Below, in pieces: positions 1 to 9,381 of a DNA stretch of 64,000 nt. Location of the stretch: the NCBI GenBank assembly GCA_003563465.1, contig PWVH01000129.1, positions 429 to 64,428 on the forward strand. The letters run 5' to 3'. Each line of letters opens with the position of its first letter. Within the stretch, counting starts at the first letter, position 1. Source of the stretch: Coriobacteriaceae bacterium. GTDB taxonomy: Bacteria; Actinomycetota; Coriobacteriia; Anaerosomatales; SLCP01. The translations under genes and the position numbers were made by a program. The notes under the pieces are model-generated. The model saw only the letters and a program-made list of their open reading frames with translations. It made no database searches and was not told the origin of the DNA.

Positions 1-92
1 GTTTCGCGATTCAGGTGGTGGACGAGGAATACGCCAACGAGACACTCGAGCTGTTCAAGCAGCTGGACATAGTGGAACCTGAGGACGTGTAG
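1..92 (+). CDS. hypC: HypC/HupF-type hydrogenase maturation chaperone, C-terminal fragment (5' end lies outside the window)
   Basis: Frame 3 reads FAIQVVDEEYANETLELFKQLDIVEPEDV* with TAG at 90-92, 5 nt before the hypD start. This resembles the conserved HypC tail, and the hypC-hypD-hypE order fits. It is not in the ORF track because it is open at the window edge. Confidence 0.7.
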   Translation, partial: FAIQVVDEEYANETLELFKQLDIVEPEDV

Positions 93-97
93 TCCGC

Positions 98-1192
98 GTG
101 GATCTATCAACGGGCTTCCGCGACCCGGATTTAGCGGCCCGGCTCATCAAGGCTATCCACGATACTGCGACTCGGCCGATGACGCTGATGGAAGTATGCG
201 GAACCCATACCATGGCCATAGCCAAGTACGGTCTACGCGGTGTGCTTCCCGAAGACGTGCGGCTGCTTTCCGGACCGGGTTGCCCGGTCTGCGTCACCAG
301 CAACACCGACATCGACATCGCCATAGAGTTCGCTCGTCAGCCGAACGTCACCGTTGCGACATTCGGCGACATGATGAAAGTCCCCGGATCGCGTTCCTCG
401 CTCTCTCGCGAAAAGGCTGACGGTAGGGATGTGCGTATCGTCTATTCCCCTCTCGATGCCCTGGCACTAGCAGAGGGCCAACCCGACCGCCAAGTGGTCT
501 TCATCGGCGTCGGATTCGAGACCACGGTGCCTCTGATTGCAGCGGCCATCAAACGCGCGGCCGAGACAGGACTCGGCAACTTCTCAGTGTTTTCTGCTCA
601 CAAGACGGTTCCCATAGCTCTCGGAGCACTGGTCAACGATCCCGAGGTCGCTATCGAGGCCTTCATTCTTCCCGGTCACGTCTCCACGATCATCGGGCTT
701 GAGCCCTACCGCTTTCTTGCCGAGGAGTACTCCGTACCGAGCGTGATCACAGGTTTCGAGCCGGTCGACGTTCTGCAGGGTGTATGGATGCTGGCCAAGC
801 AGCTTGCCGAGGGCAGGGCCGACATCGAGATCGCATATACCCGGGGAGTTGACCCCCAAGGCAATACGACCGCCCTCAAGCTGATGAACGAAGTCTTCGA
901 GCCGGCCGATGCGGAGTGGCGGGGCATCGGCATCATCCCCGGCACGGGACTGGTGCTTCGCGAGCATTACGCTGAGTTCGATGCGCTCCAAAGAGTCCCT
1001 GTCTCTCCGGAGCCCCCTAAGGAAAACCCCGGCTGTCAGTGCGGGGAGGTGCTCAGGGGCGCAACCCTTCCCTACGAATGCCGCCTGTTCGCCAATGCCT
1101 GTACTCCAGAGCACCCCATTGGGCCTTGCATGGTGTCCTCGGAGGGCTCTTGCGCGGCCTATTACCGTTACACGGACTATGGCAAGTCCTAG
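98..1192 (+). CDS. hypD: [NiFe]-hydrogenase maturation protein HypD
   Basis: 364 aa with MEVCGTHT, GPGCPVCVT and a C-terminal Cys-rich region (GCQCGEV...PIGPCMVSSEGSCAAYY) typical of HypD. GTG start. Confidence 0.95.
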   Translation: MDLSTGFRDPDLAARLIKAIHDTATRPMTLMEVCGTHTMAIAKYGLRGVLPEDVRLLSGPGCPVCVTSNTDIDIAIEFARQPNVTVATFGDMMKVPGSRSSLSREKADGRDVRIVYSPLDALALAEGQPDRQVVFIGVGFETTVPLIAAAIKRAAETGLGNFSVFSAHKTVPIALGALVNDPEVAIEAFILPGHVSTIIGLEPYRFLAEEYSVPSVITGFEPVDVLQGVWMLAKQLAEGRADIEIAYTRGVDPQGNTTALKLMNEVFEPADAEWRGIGIIPGTGLVLREHYAEFDALQRVPVSPEPPKENPGCQCGEVLRGATLPYECRLFANACTPEHPIGPCMVSSEGSCAAYYRYTDYGKS

Positions 1193-1234
1193 AACAGGGC
1201 GGCCCACTCCGGTCGGACCTGCCCGGACGGGAGC

Positions 1235-2248
1235 ATGATGCAGCAAGACACCATCCTTCTTTCGCACGGCAGCGGCGGATCGCTCATGCATCGTCTGATC
1301 GACGAGGTTTTCGTCACGGGTTTCGGTGCCGCCGGCACGCCCGCGCTCGATGACGCTGCCTCGCTCGATGTCGCTGGCGGTCGTGTTGCGATGTCCACCG
1401 ACACTTATGTGGTCTCGCCCCTGTTCTTCCCGGGAGGCGACATCGGACGCCTGGCAGTGTGCGGCACCGTCAACGACGTCGCGACTTCAGGTGCACGGCC
1501 GCTCTACCTCTCTGTCGGCTTCGTGCTCGAAGAAGGCCTGCCAATAGAGGACCTCAAGCGTGTCTTGGTCTCCATGCGGGATGCAGCCGAAGAGGCAGGT
1601 GTGCGCATCGTGACCGGGGACACCAAGGTAGTCGAACGCGGGCACGGCGACGGCATGTATATCAACACCACCGGTCTGGGCGTCCTTGCCGAAGGAGTCG
1701 ACCTGTCCGGCTCCCACTGCCGACCAGGTGACGTCGTGCTGCTGTCCGGGACTTTGGGAGACCACGGAATCACGGTGGTCTCGACTCGCGAGGGTCTAGA
1801 GTTTTCGACCGACTTGCGCTCGGATGCGGCCCCTCTCAACCACATGGTGGCGGTGACGCTCGATGCCGCACCTGACGCCCGCTGCTTCCGTGATCCCACC
1901 CGCGGCGGACTCGCCTCCACCCTCAACGAGCTCGCCTCCGCATCTGGGGTCTCCATCACCGTAGACGAGCTGGCAGTTCCAGTGCACGACCAGGTTCGCG
2001 GTGCATGCGAGATGCTCGGATACGACGTCTTCCAGGTGGCCAACGAAGGCAAGATGGTGACAGTGGTGCCCGCCGACCAAGCAGAGGCTGCGCTTTCCGC
2101 GATGCGTTCGGCGCCATATGGTGAAGAAGCGGCCATCATAGGAGAGGTCGGCGAGTCACCCGCAGGCAAGGCCTACGTCCGCACGTCTTTCGGTGCCACG
2201 CGCATCATGGATATGTTGGTCGGAGAGCAGCTGCCGAGAATCTGCTAG
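1235..2248 (+). CDS. hypE: Hydrogenase maturation carbamoyl dehydratase HypE
   Basis: 337 aa, AIR-synthase-like fold, ending in the HypE signature PRIC. Directly follows hypD. Confidence 0.95.
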   Translation: MMQQDTILLSHGSGGSLMHRLIDEVFVTGFGAAGTPALDDAASLDVAGGRVAMSTDTYVVSPLFFPGGDIGRLAVCGTVNDVATSGARPLYLSVGFVLEEGLPIEDLKRVLVSMRDAAEEAGVRIVTGDTKVVERGHGDGMYINTTGLGVLAEGVDLSGSHCRPGDVVLLSGTLGDHGITVVSTREGLEFSTDLRSDAAPLNHMVAVTLDAAPDARCFRDPTRGGLASTLNELASASGVSITVDELAVPVHDQVRGACEMLGYDVFQVANEGKMVTVVPADQAEAALSAMRSAPYGEEAAIIGEVGESPAGKAYVRTSFGATRIMDMLVGEQLPRIC

Positions 2249-2367
2249 CGTTGACCGCGTGGCAGGTAACAGCCGCCTGCACGCCGAGAGGCACGCCGGG
2301 AGCTCTTGCTACCGAGACGCTATACTCTCAATTGGGCAAGCATTCCGGCTGAACCGAGGGGGATCCG

Positions 2368-4020
2368 ATGAACGCCATGGAGCGGCTTATCGAAGCCGAT
2401 GCGATCGCGCGCCTCGTGGACCGCGACCCCACTCTCTTCTCATCAGACGTGGACCTTCGCCAGCCGATAATGCAGCGGCTGGGATGGACCGACCTCGCCG
2501 AGAAGGCTTCCTCACGTCTGCCTCTGGTGACAAACATCGCGATGGGTCTCTCCGACGAGGGCGTCACTGATGTCGTGCTGCTGGGCATGGGCGGATCATC
2601 GCTTGCGGCTCTCGTGATGAACGAGGTATTGGGTCCCGTGCCGGGATCACCCCGGCTGCACGTTCTCGACACCACCTCGCCAACGTCTGCGACCACCCTG
2701 ATGGCCACTCTTCACCCCTCGAGAACCGCGTTCGTGGTTGCAAGCAAGTCAGGGACGACGGTAGAGCCGCTCTCCCTCTACAGTGTCTTCCGTGAATGGA
2801 TGGATGACTCCCTCGGACACGTGGGTGCCGGGAAGCGCTTCGTCGTCATAACCGATCCCGGGACACCGCTCGAAGACCTTCGCCAGCAAGACGTGATGAG
2901 GGTCGCCGTCAAAGCCCTCGCCACAGTGGGTGGACGCTTCTCGGCGTTGTCGGTGTTCGGAATAGCTCCCGCCGCGCTGGCGGGACTCGACGTCCAGGCC
3001 GTGGTCGATCACGCTCTCGAGATGGAACGGCGGTGTCACGTCCCCGATGAGTCCAACCCCGGATGCGTGCTGGCGGCCTGGATGGTCGACGCATTCGAAT
3101 CGGGACGCGACAAGCTCACGCTGGTCTCCTCCAAACGCTATAGGGCCTTCGGCTTGTGGATCGAACAGCTCGTCGCCGAGTCGACCGGCAAGCAGGGCAA
3201 GGGAATCGTCCCCGTGATAGAAGACGCAAGCGTTCCCGTGCAATCCTACGGAAGCGATAGGGCTATGTTCGTGCTACGCGAGCCGGACGATGCCGCGATC
3301 GCATCGTATGCCGAGGAGGCTCGCACTGAAGGAATACCAGTCTTCGAGAGCCTGTTAGACAGCGCCGGAGCCATCGGAGCGGAATTCGTCAGATGGACCT
3401 TTGCCATCGCGCTGACCGGACATCTGATGAGTGTCAATCCGTTCGACGAGCCCAACGTCGCCGAGGCCAAACAGGCGACTGTCGAAGTGCTGGAGGGAAC
3501 CATCAACGTGCCGAGGGCCTCTGCGGACTTGGGCGGCATTTGGCCCACAGCCGCCGGTGCGCTTTCTGAGCTGCCCGCTCCGGAGAACCTCGATGATGCG
3601 ATTGCGCCGCTGATCAAGCCCTTGTCGCCTGGTAACTACCTTGCCATCCTGGCCTTTCTACCAGATGACGAGGCGTTGTTCGTACCTCTCCGGCGCGCCG
3701 CTTACGCGGTGTCAGCTACCCGAGGCGTACCCGTGTGCGTCGAGATGGGGCCCCGCTACCTGCACTCCACAGGACAACTCCACAAGGGTGGTCCCGACAC
3801 GGGCGCGTTCCTGATGATCACAAATCGAGAGCAGGCGAATCTCGAGATTCCCAATCGGCCCTTCTCGCTCGCCGAGCTCTTCCGGGCACAAGCCGAGGGC
3901 GACCTGGTCACGCTGGCGGGACTGGGCCGTCGCATAGTGCGTCTGGACCTGCCGGGAGATGACACGACCGCCCTGTCGGCGGTCACGACGGCGCTCACGC
4001 GAGTCGCCAAGGGTCCGTGA
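2368..4020 (+). CDS. pgi: Glucose-6-phosphate isomerase-like SIS-domain protein
   Basis: 550 aa with LLGMGGSSLA and ASKSGTTVEP (PGI/SIS signatures). It resembles the PGI half of actinobacterial Tal-Pgi proteins. Confidence 0.75.
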   Translation: MNAMERLIEADAIARLVDRDPTLFSSDVDLRQPIMQRLGWTDLAEKASSRLPLVTNIAMGLSDEGVTDVVLLGMGGSSLAALVMNEVLGPVPGSPRLHVLDTTSPTSATTLMATLHPSRTAFVVASKSGTTVEPLSLYSVFREWMDDSLGHVGAGKRFVVITDPGTPLEDLRQQDVMRVAVKALATVGGRFSALSVFGIAPAALAGLDVQAVVDHALEMERRCHVPDESNPGCVLAAWMVDAFESGRDKLTLVSSKRYRAFGLWIEQLVAESTGKQGKGIVPVIEDASVPVQSYGSDRAMFVLREPDDAAIASYAEEARTEGIPVFESLLDSAGAIGAEFVRWTFAIALTGHLMSVNPFDEPNVAEAKQATVEVLEGTINVPRASADLGGIWPTAAGALSELPAPENLDDAIAPLIKPLSPGNYLAILAFLPDDEALFVPLRRAAYAVSATRGVPVCVEMGPRYLHSTGQLHKGGPDTGAFLMITNREQANLEIPNRPFSLAELFRAQAEGDLVTLAGLGRRIVRLDLPGDDTTALSAVTTALTRVAKGP

Positions 4021-4075
4021 AGCGAGCAGCCTCGAGAAGACACATGACCGAAGACTTTCCAGCGGTCGAAAAGGC

Positions 4076-4113
4076 GCGGACCCGGTCCCTGGGACTTCAG
4101 GGACCGGGTCCGC
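4076..4113 (-). terminator. Intrinsic terminator hairpin between convergent pgi and the symporter gene
   Basis: Perfect 16-bp stem GCGGACCCGGTCCCTG / CAGGGACCGGGTCCGC with a 6-nt loop. On the minus strand it is followed by CCTTTTCG (U-tract). It could also stop pgi transcription. Confidence 0.65.
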
Positions 4114-4154
4114 GATTCCAAGAAGCCCTCCGGGGAGAAGCCTCTTGATAAGGA

Positions 4155-6017
4155 TTACTCGTCTTTGGTGCTCGAGAGCATCCCGCCGACCTTGTGCAGA
4201 CCCAGGTCACGCTCGTGACGCTCGCTCGCGGTTCCATGGATCCGCATCCAAATCTCGTCAACGTTTTTGGGAAGCCTTCCGTCGAGCTTGCTCACGATGA
4301 TGACCGTGAGTATAGCGGCAGGGAACGTGAACAGTGTCGGGAAGGTCAGGCTGCCAAGGAAGGCGAGCACTCCCGTGTCCCCAAGATGACCGAGCTGCTT
4401 GAGGACGTTGAGGAAGATGAAGAGGAGCGAACCGCCGCCGCCGACCACCATCCCCGATATCGCGCCAAGCTCGGTGGTTTGCCTCCACCATATACCTGTG
4501 AGCAACAGTGGAACGAATGCGCCAGCCCCAAAAGCGAACGCCCACGTCACCATCATGGCGATGAGTGCGGGATAGGCCTGATCCAAGCCGATCACCGGAA
4601 TACCGATGCCTATCGCCAACGCCAGCAGGGAGAAGAACATGACTGCTATCTTCCCTACGATGACCCTTCTAAGCTCGGGCGCATCGGGGTTGACATATTT
4701 CTCGTAGACGTCGTGGCCGACCGCCGAAGCGGACGCGATGAGCAGACCGCCGGTCGTGGAGAACATGGCCGCGAACGCGCCGGCGGCCACCGCGCCCATC
4801 AGCCACTCTCCGCCAATGATCTGTGCGATCGTGGGCATGATGGCGTCCGATCTGACCAGGATACCGTCGACGTAGGCAGCATTGGCCGGAGCCGTGCCCG
4901 CACGCCAGGCGTCATCGATGATCAAGCGACCTGCCAGACCTGCGATCGGCGCCATGATGTAGAACAATCCTATGAACACGAGCACCCAGAAGGTGGAGCG
5001 CCGGGCTGCCGCACCCGAAGGGTTCGTGTAGTAGCGATTCAGGATGTGCGGTAGACCAGCGGTCCCTAGCACTAGCGCCATCACCATCGAGAATTGGTCG
5101 AACGCATTGTAGCGATGGCCAGGCTCGTTGAAGAACATATCGCGCAATTCGTGTAGCTTGTTCGTCGCCGGAACGGTCACGGGCACACTCGCCTCCGGAT
5201 CGCCTGCCTCGATGGCAGCCTCAATGTCCTCCAGCCCCCTGGGACTCATCTGCTCGCGCAATTCGTCGATTGGGGCAAGGCCCGTCTCCGGATCCTCGGC
5301 GGTCAATTCGGCGACCGTCATCGTCTTCACGTCGAGATGGGTCTCGGCGGTGACCTCTTCGAGCGCTGCGGGATAGTTGAATCTATGACTGCCGAAAAAG
5401 GCGAACATGACGACAAGGAACATCGCTACGAAAAGCCACCAGAACTGGAAGATCTGGTTGAGCGTGGTGGCTTTCATGCCTCCTACGGCCACGTAGAACA
5501 TGATGATCGCTACGACGACCAAGACTCCGGTGTTATAGGGCGACAAGCCAAAGATACCGGCACCGACAAGAACGGTCCACGTGGTGCCCGCGCCATACAT
5601 CTGAGGAGCCATGTAGAACAGACTTGTCACAAGCACCATGAGCACGGTCAAGAGCCTGATGCGGTCCGAACCGAATCGACCGTAGGCGAAGTCCGCAACG
5701 GTGTATTCGCCGAATCGGCGCAATGCCGAAGCGATGAAAAGGACCACCACTATGAAGCCGCCGCAAAAACCGGCCGCATACCAGACACCGTCGAGGCCGG
5801 AAGCGTAGACCGCCGCAGCGACACCCAGGAACGAGGCAGCGGAGAGATAATCGCCCGAGATCGCCGAGGCGTTCGCAAGTGTGCCGACCTTGCGTCCCGC
5901 AAGATAGAAGTCAGCGGTCGTACGTGTGAAACGGCGGACGAGTATAGCCAACCCGACCGTGAAGACCGTTACGATGACGACCATCAAGATCGCGAAGACG
6001 TTGAGTTCGCCTCCCAT
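4155..6017 (-). CDS. Sodium:solute symporter family transporter (cation/acetate symporter ActP-like)
   Basis: Multi-TM SSS-family sequence. The start was moved to MGGELNVFAIL (ATG 6017) because GGGAGGTGAGTAGC sits in front of it, 1 nt after the upstream gene's stop. It contains an acidic hydrophilic insertion of about 100 aa. Confidence 0.85.
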   Translation of the reverse strand: MGGELNVFAILMVVIVTVFTVGLAILVRRFTRTTADFYLAGRKVGTLANASAISGDYLSAASFLGVAAAVYASGLDGVWYAAGFCGGFIVVVLFIASALRRFGEYTVADFAYGRFGSDRIRLLTVLMVLVTSLFYMAPQMYGAGTTWTVLVGAGIFGLSPYNTGVLVVVAIIMFYVAVGGMKATTLNQIFQFWWLFVAMFLVVMFAFFGSHRFNYPAALEEVTAETHLDVKTMTVAELTAEDPETGLAPIDELREQMSPRGLEDIEAAIEAGDPEASVPVTVPATNKLHELRDMFFNEPGHRYNAFDQFSMVMALVLGTAGLPHILNRYYTNPSGAAARRSTFWVLVFIGLFYIMAPIAGLAGRLIIDDAWRAGTAPANAAYVDGILVRSDAIMPTIAQIIGGEWLMGAVAAGAFAAMFSTTGGLLIASASAVGHDVYEKYVNPDAPELRRVIVGKIAVMFFSLLALAIGIGIPVIGLDQAYPALIAMMVTWAFAFGAGAFVPLLLTGIWWRQTTELGAISGMVVGGGGSLLFIFLNVLKQLGHLGDTGVLAFLGSLTFPTLFTFPAAILTVIIVSKLDGRLPKNVDEIWMRIHGTASERHERDLGLHKVGGMLSSTKDE

Positions 6018-6018
6018 G

Positions 6019-6447
6019 CTACTCACCTCCCTCTGACTCGAGAGCGCTAGAGGTAGTGATGGTGGCGACCTCATCAGTCTCCCGAGCAGTAGCGGCGGCG
6101 ATCTCGTCAGCCAGATGCGCCAGATTAGCGTCGAGCTTGTCCGCCTTCTTGATGTAGGTGAAACTCAACATCCACAAGAAGAAGTAGTACAACAGAGATA
6201 CAACCAGGTAGTTCATGGTGAAACCACCCCAGATGGGGGTGGCATACCATGCCTTCCACCAAATCGTCATGACTGGAATAGACAGCGTCACGATGAAGAA
6301 CACAGCCGCGAATGTGAAGCTCAGCTTTCGCTGCTCACGAAAGACCACGTCTACGCTCTCGATGGTGTCGATGTGATCGCCATGTTGCATCTGGACGCCT
6401 GACGCTTTCTTGGCGTTCGCAGCGTTGCCTCCGGCATTGCTCGCCAT
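6019..6447 (-). CDS. Small two-TM membrane protein, DUF485/YjcH-like companion of the acetate-type symporter
   Basis: Two hydrophobic helices followed by YIKKADKLD, and it abuts the symporter start (TAG, 1 nt, ATG). Start chosen at ATG 6447 (GGAGGTG 7 nt upstream). Family assignment is from memory (DUF485 versus DUF4212). Confidence 0.6.
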   Translation of the reverse strand: MASNAGGNAANAKKASGVQMQHGDHIDTIESVDVVFREQRKLSFTFAAVFFIVTLSIPVMTIWWKAWYATPIWGGFTMNYLVVSLLYYFFLWMLSFTYIKKADKLDANLAHLADEIAAATARETDEVATITTSSALESEGGE

Positions 6448-6554
6448 CTCCTGCACCTCCCTACATAGTCATGGCCGCGCGCGGCGACCGGGGTTGGTTG
6501 TCGCGATCCAGCCACTCGATGGCCGAGAATCGCTTTCATCCCGACCCTTTCGTC

Positions 6555-7049
6555 TCAGTCGAGCTTGACGACCAGCACCGGAAACGGTGAGGCCTTGACC
6601 ACTGTCTCGGCCACCGAACCAAGCGCGATGCGTTTCAGACCGGTCCGACCGGTATCACCGATCACGATCAGATCGGCTTCCCACTCCGTCGCGGTGGCTA
6701 CGATACGCTTCGCCACGCCGCCCTGGACCACTTCGACCTCACACTCGACACCGTTGCGCTCGCACATGGTCTTCGCGATGACAAGCCCTTTGATGGATGG
6801 GTGAACGCCTTCGAACAATGCCTCGTCCATCGCTTCCTCGGGATACTCAAGCTGCTCATAGCCGGTATCCACGTAGATCGCCTTCATCTTCGCTCCGAAC
6901 GTCTTGGCCATGACCGCTGCGAACTCGGTTGCGGCAACCGACGGCTCGGAACCGTCGGTAGGAACCAGGATACGGTCGATCTCGACACAAACCTCCTGGA
7001 TATCACCGAGTTTCACATCCTCGGCAGCACCTCTGATGCAGACCTTCAT
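6555..7049 (-). CDS. Universal stress protein (UspA family)
   Basis: ILVPTDGSEPS ... VIGDTGRTGLKRIALGSVAETV motifs. Start at MKVCIRG (ATG 7049) preceded by GGAGGTGAGTCGC. The longer ORF-track start lacks an RBS. Confidence 0.85.
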   Translation of the reverse strand: MKVCIRGAAEDVKLGDIQEVCVEIDRILVPTDGSEPSVAATEFAAVMAKTFGAKMKAIYVDTGYEQLEYPEEAMDEALFEGVHPSIKGLVIAKTMCERNGVECEVEVVQGGVAKRIVATATEWEADLIVIGDTGRTGLKRIALGSVAETVVKASPFPVLVVKLD

Positions 7050-7191
7050 GCGACTCACCTCCATCCATCGAGGAGCGCGCTTCGCCCCCCGGATCCGCAT
7101 GTCCCACGGGTAACGTATCGCTGCAAGGATTCCAATGCGACGAGGTTGCCGCGTACGGGAGCGATGTCTCGGCAAGAGGGGGTGAGACGGC

Positions 7192-7219
7192 AGCATACGG
7201 CAGAAGACTGCCACTTCAA
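7192..7219 (-). promoter_or_regulatory. Putative sigma70-type promoter upstream of the USP gene
   Basis: Minus strand reads TTGAAG (7219-7214), a 16-nt spacer, then TATGCT (7197-7192). The nearest TGAACGG repeat lies 12 nt upstream of the -35. Confidence 0.4.
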
Positions 7220-7231
7220 GAAAGTCCCAGT

Positions 7232-7280
7232 CCGTTCACCGCCTCCAAACGGCCGTTCAGAGAACGGGCCGTCCCGTTCA
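7232..7280 (-). promoter_or_regulatory. Three direct repeats TGAACGG at exact 21-bp spacing (candidate LytTR-regulator binding array)
   Basis: Plus-strand CCGTTCA occurs at 7232-7238, 7253-7259 and 7274-7280. Minus-strand contexts are GTGAACGGACT, CTGAACGGCCG and GTGAACGGGAC. The array lies between the LytTR gene stop (7367) and the USP promoter-like element. Confidence 0.5.
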
Positions 7281-7366
7281 CGGCGTCGTCGACGGACTAG
7301 GTAAGTGGCTAGAGATACGCGATACCAGAAAGGGTGCCGATTCTCAGCGTCAGCGTTATGCGCATC

Positions 7367-8077
7367 CTACAGTCCGATTGCTTTCTTGAGTGCGGGCACG
7401 CGCCGACGCGAGACTGGCACTTGCGTAGATTCGGCATCCGTAAGCGTGAGCAGCAGAGTGCCGCCATACATCGGAACCACCTCTCTGACCTGAGCCAGAT
7501 TGACCAGGTAGCGCCGGTGCACTCGGAAGAAACCGCTAGGCTCCAGACGTCGTTCGAGCTGTGCAAGCGAGATGGTGGAGAGATAGCGTTCGCCATCGGT
7601 GTGCAAGTATGAGTAGTCGTCTTTGGCCATGACGTAGAAGATGTCCTCGACTTGAAGCAGCAGTTTCCTGCCCGCCTTCTCCACGGGTATGCGCTCAACC
7701 CGCACACCTTCCTGCTGAGCTGGCACCAGGCGTTCGATCGCAGTGCGTAGTCTATCCAGTTCGACGGGCTTCACCAGATAGTCGGTCGCAGCGACTTCGA
7801 AAGCCTTGACCGCATGTTCGCTATGTGCGGTGACGAAAACGATCGAAGGCTGGCGGTCTAGGTTCGAAAGGGTCTCTGCAAGCTGCACCCCCGAGAGCCC
7901 CGGCATGTCGATGTCGAGAAAGACGACATCGTAGGGTATGGCTTTGATGAGCTGGAACGCCTCGGAGGCGTTCGATGCCTCGCCGACCACCTCCACCCCT
8001 CCCGCCTCATCGAGCAAGAACCGCAGCTCGGAGCGGGCCGGAGCCTCATCATCTACCACTAGTGCCTTCAGTACCAT
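7367..8077 (-). CDS. LytR/AlgR-family response regulator (REC + LytTR DNA-binding domain)
   Basis: KALVVDDE...DVVFLDIDMPG receiver, with a C-terminal LytTR region (FFRVHRRYLVNL). Start at ATG 8077 (GGGAG 6 nt upstream). Confidence 0.9.
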   Translation of the reverse strand: MVLKALVVDDEAPARSELRFLLDEAGGVEVVGEASNASEAFQLIKAIPYDVVFLDIDMPGLSGVQLAETLSNLDRQPSIVFVTAHSEHAVKAFEVAATDYLVKPVELDRLRTAIERLVPAQQEGVRVERIPVEKAGRKLLLQVEDIFYVMAKDDYSYLHTDGERYLSTISLAQLERRLEPSGFFRVHRRYLVNLAQVREVVPMYGGTLLLTLTDAESTQVPVSRRRVPALKKAIGL

Positions 8078-9380
8078 CAGCATCTCCCTCGGCAAGTCCT
8101 ACCGGCGCGATAGTAATCAGCACCCTCGTGCCGACTCCGAGTTCGCTGGCGACTGTGAGTCCTGATTCGGGACCGTAGTGCCCTTTGAGTCTATCGTCCA
8201 CGTTTTTCAAAGCTATTCCTAGTCCCTTGCCGAAACCCGGTTCCAGCACTCGCTTCACGTCCTCTTCGGACATGCCGGCCCCATCATCGACGACTTCTAC
8301 TTCCAATCTATCGTCAACATGGCATGCACAGATGCTGACGCGCAGTGTTTCCCCAGACTTCATCCCGTGCTGAACCGCATTCTCGACAATCGGCTGCACG
8401 GCGAACGCCGGTATCTGAACGTCTAGCAGCGAAGGATCCACGTCTTCGTCGACGATGAGACGCTCGCCGAAGCGGGCCGTCTCGAAGGCAAGATACGTTC
8501 GAGCGTACTGGATCTCTTGCTCGAGCGCCACAAGCTCTGCAGTCTCTTCCAGCGTCCGCCGGTAGAACCGGGCGAACTCGCGCAGAAGCGTGCGGGCTTG
8601 CTCCGGCTCGGTGCGTACCAGCATCGCGATGGTGTTTATTGTGTTGAACAGGAAGTGCGGGTGAATCTGCGCCTGAAGTGCCCTGAGCTCCATGCGACAG
8701 GCGAGTTCGGTCTGCCGGTCGAGTTCGGAGAGCTCGAGTTGCGTGGATAGCAATCTTGCCAGGCCCTCGGCCATCGCGATCTGCGTATCGTTCAGCAACC
8801 GTCTGTGCGTGTAGTAGAACTTCAGCGTTCCCACAGGCCGGTCGCGCATCTCGAGCGGTACTACGATGGCCGCCTTGAGCAGACATGTGCGTTCGGGACA
8901 GCCGATTGCTGCCTTGTTCTCCAGGATACGGTGCTCGTTGGATTCGACAGCCTCGCGCGTGGCACGAGTCAGAATCGGTCCTCCCGCGAAATGGTGATCC
9001 TCCCCAAGCCCGGCGAAACCCAGCACGCGCTCTGTATCGGTGATCGCCACGGCGGTTGCCTCGGTCTGTGCAAGCGCAAGCTGGCACACGGCTCCAGCCG
9101 TCTCTCGTGTCAATCCTTTGCGAAGGTGTGAGAGGCTCTCGTTGGCGATCTGCAGTATCTGATCGGAATGCATCGCTTTGAGATGGTCTGGGCGACTGAT
9201 CCAGCGAGCAATCACGCTTCCCATCGCGATGAGCGTAAGACCGCTGATCGATGCGTAGAGCACCCAGCGTGGCACATCCGCGCCTACGAGCACCCATCCC
9301 ACAACCGCCGCAAGCACCGTGACGGCAAAGAGAAGAAGCGAGTCGAAGAGGATAGTGCGCCTCTGAGTCATCGACACCAT
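8049..9380 (-). CDS. LytS/YehU-type sensor histidine kinase (2 TM + GAF + His_kinase + HATPase_c)
   Basis: QAQIHPHFLFNTINTI (PF06580-type H-box) and a C-terminal GxGxG ATPase region. Two N-terminal TM helices and a GAF-like middle domain. Confidence 0.9.
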   Translation of the reverse strand: MVSMTQRRTILFDSLLLFAVTVLAAVVGWVLVGADVPRWVLYASISGLTLIAMGSVIARWISRPDHLKAMHSDQILQIANESLSHLRKGLTRETAGAVCQLALAQTEATAVAITDTERVLGFAGLGEDHHFAGGPILTRATREAVESNEHRILENKAAIGCPERTCLLKAAIVVPLEMRDRPVGTLKFYYTHRRLLNDTQIAMAEGLARLLSTQLELSELDRQTELACRMELRALQAQIHPHFLFNTINTIAMLVRTEPEQARTLLREFARFYRRTLEETAELVALEQEIQYARTYLAFETARFGERLIVDEDVDPSLLDVQIPAFAVQPIVENAVQHGMKSGETLRVSICACHVDDRLEVEVVDDGAGMSEEDVKRVLEPGFGKGLGIALKNVDDRLKGHYGPESGLTVASELGVGTRVLITIAPVGLAEGDADGTEGTSGR

Positions 9381-9381
9381 C

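Noticed and set aside
7249-7272. Hairpin ACGGCCGTT / AACGGGCCGT, first read as the terminator of the LytTR gene.
   Set aside because: It is imperfect (has a bulge) and lacks a U-tract. Its arms are two of the three 21-bp-spaced TGAACGG repeats, which I consider the better explanation. A terminator role is not excluded.
8314-9297. 327-aa minus ORF in an alternative frame of the LytS kinase gene.
   Set aside because: Extreme Arg/Gly/Asp bias. The kinase frame contains the H-box and ATPase motifs.
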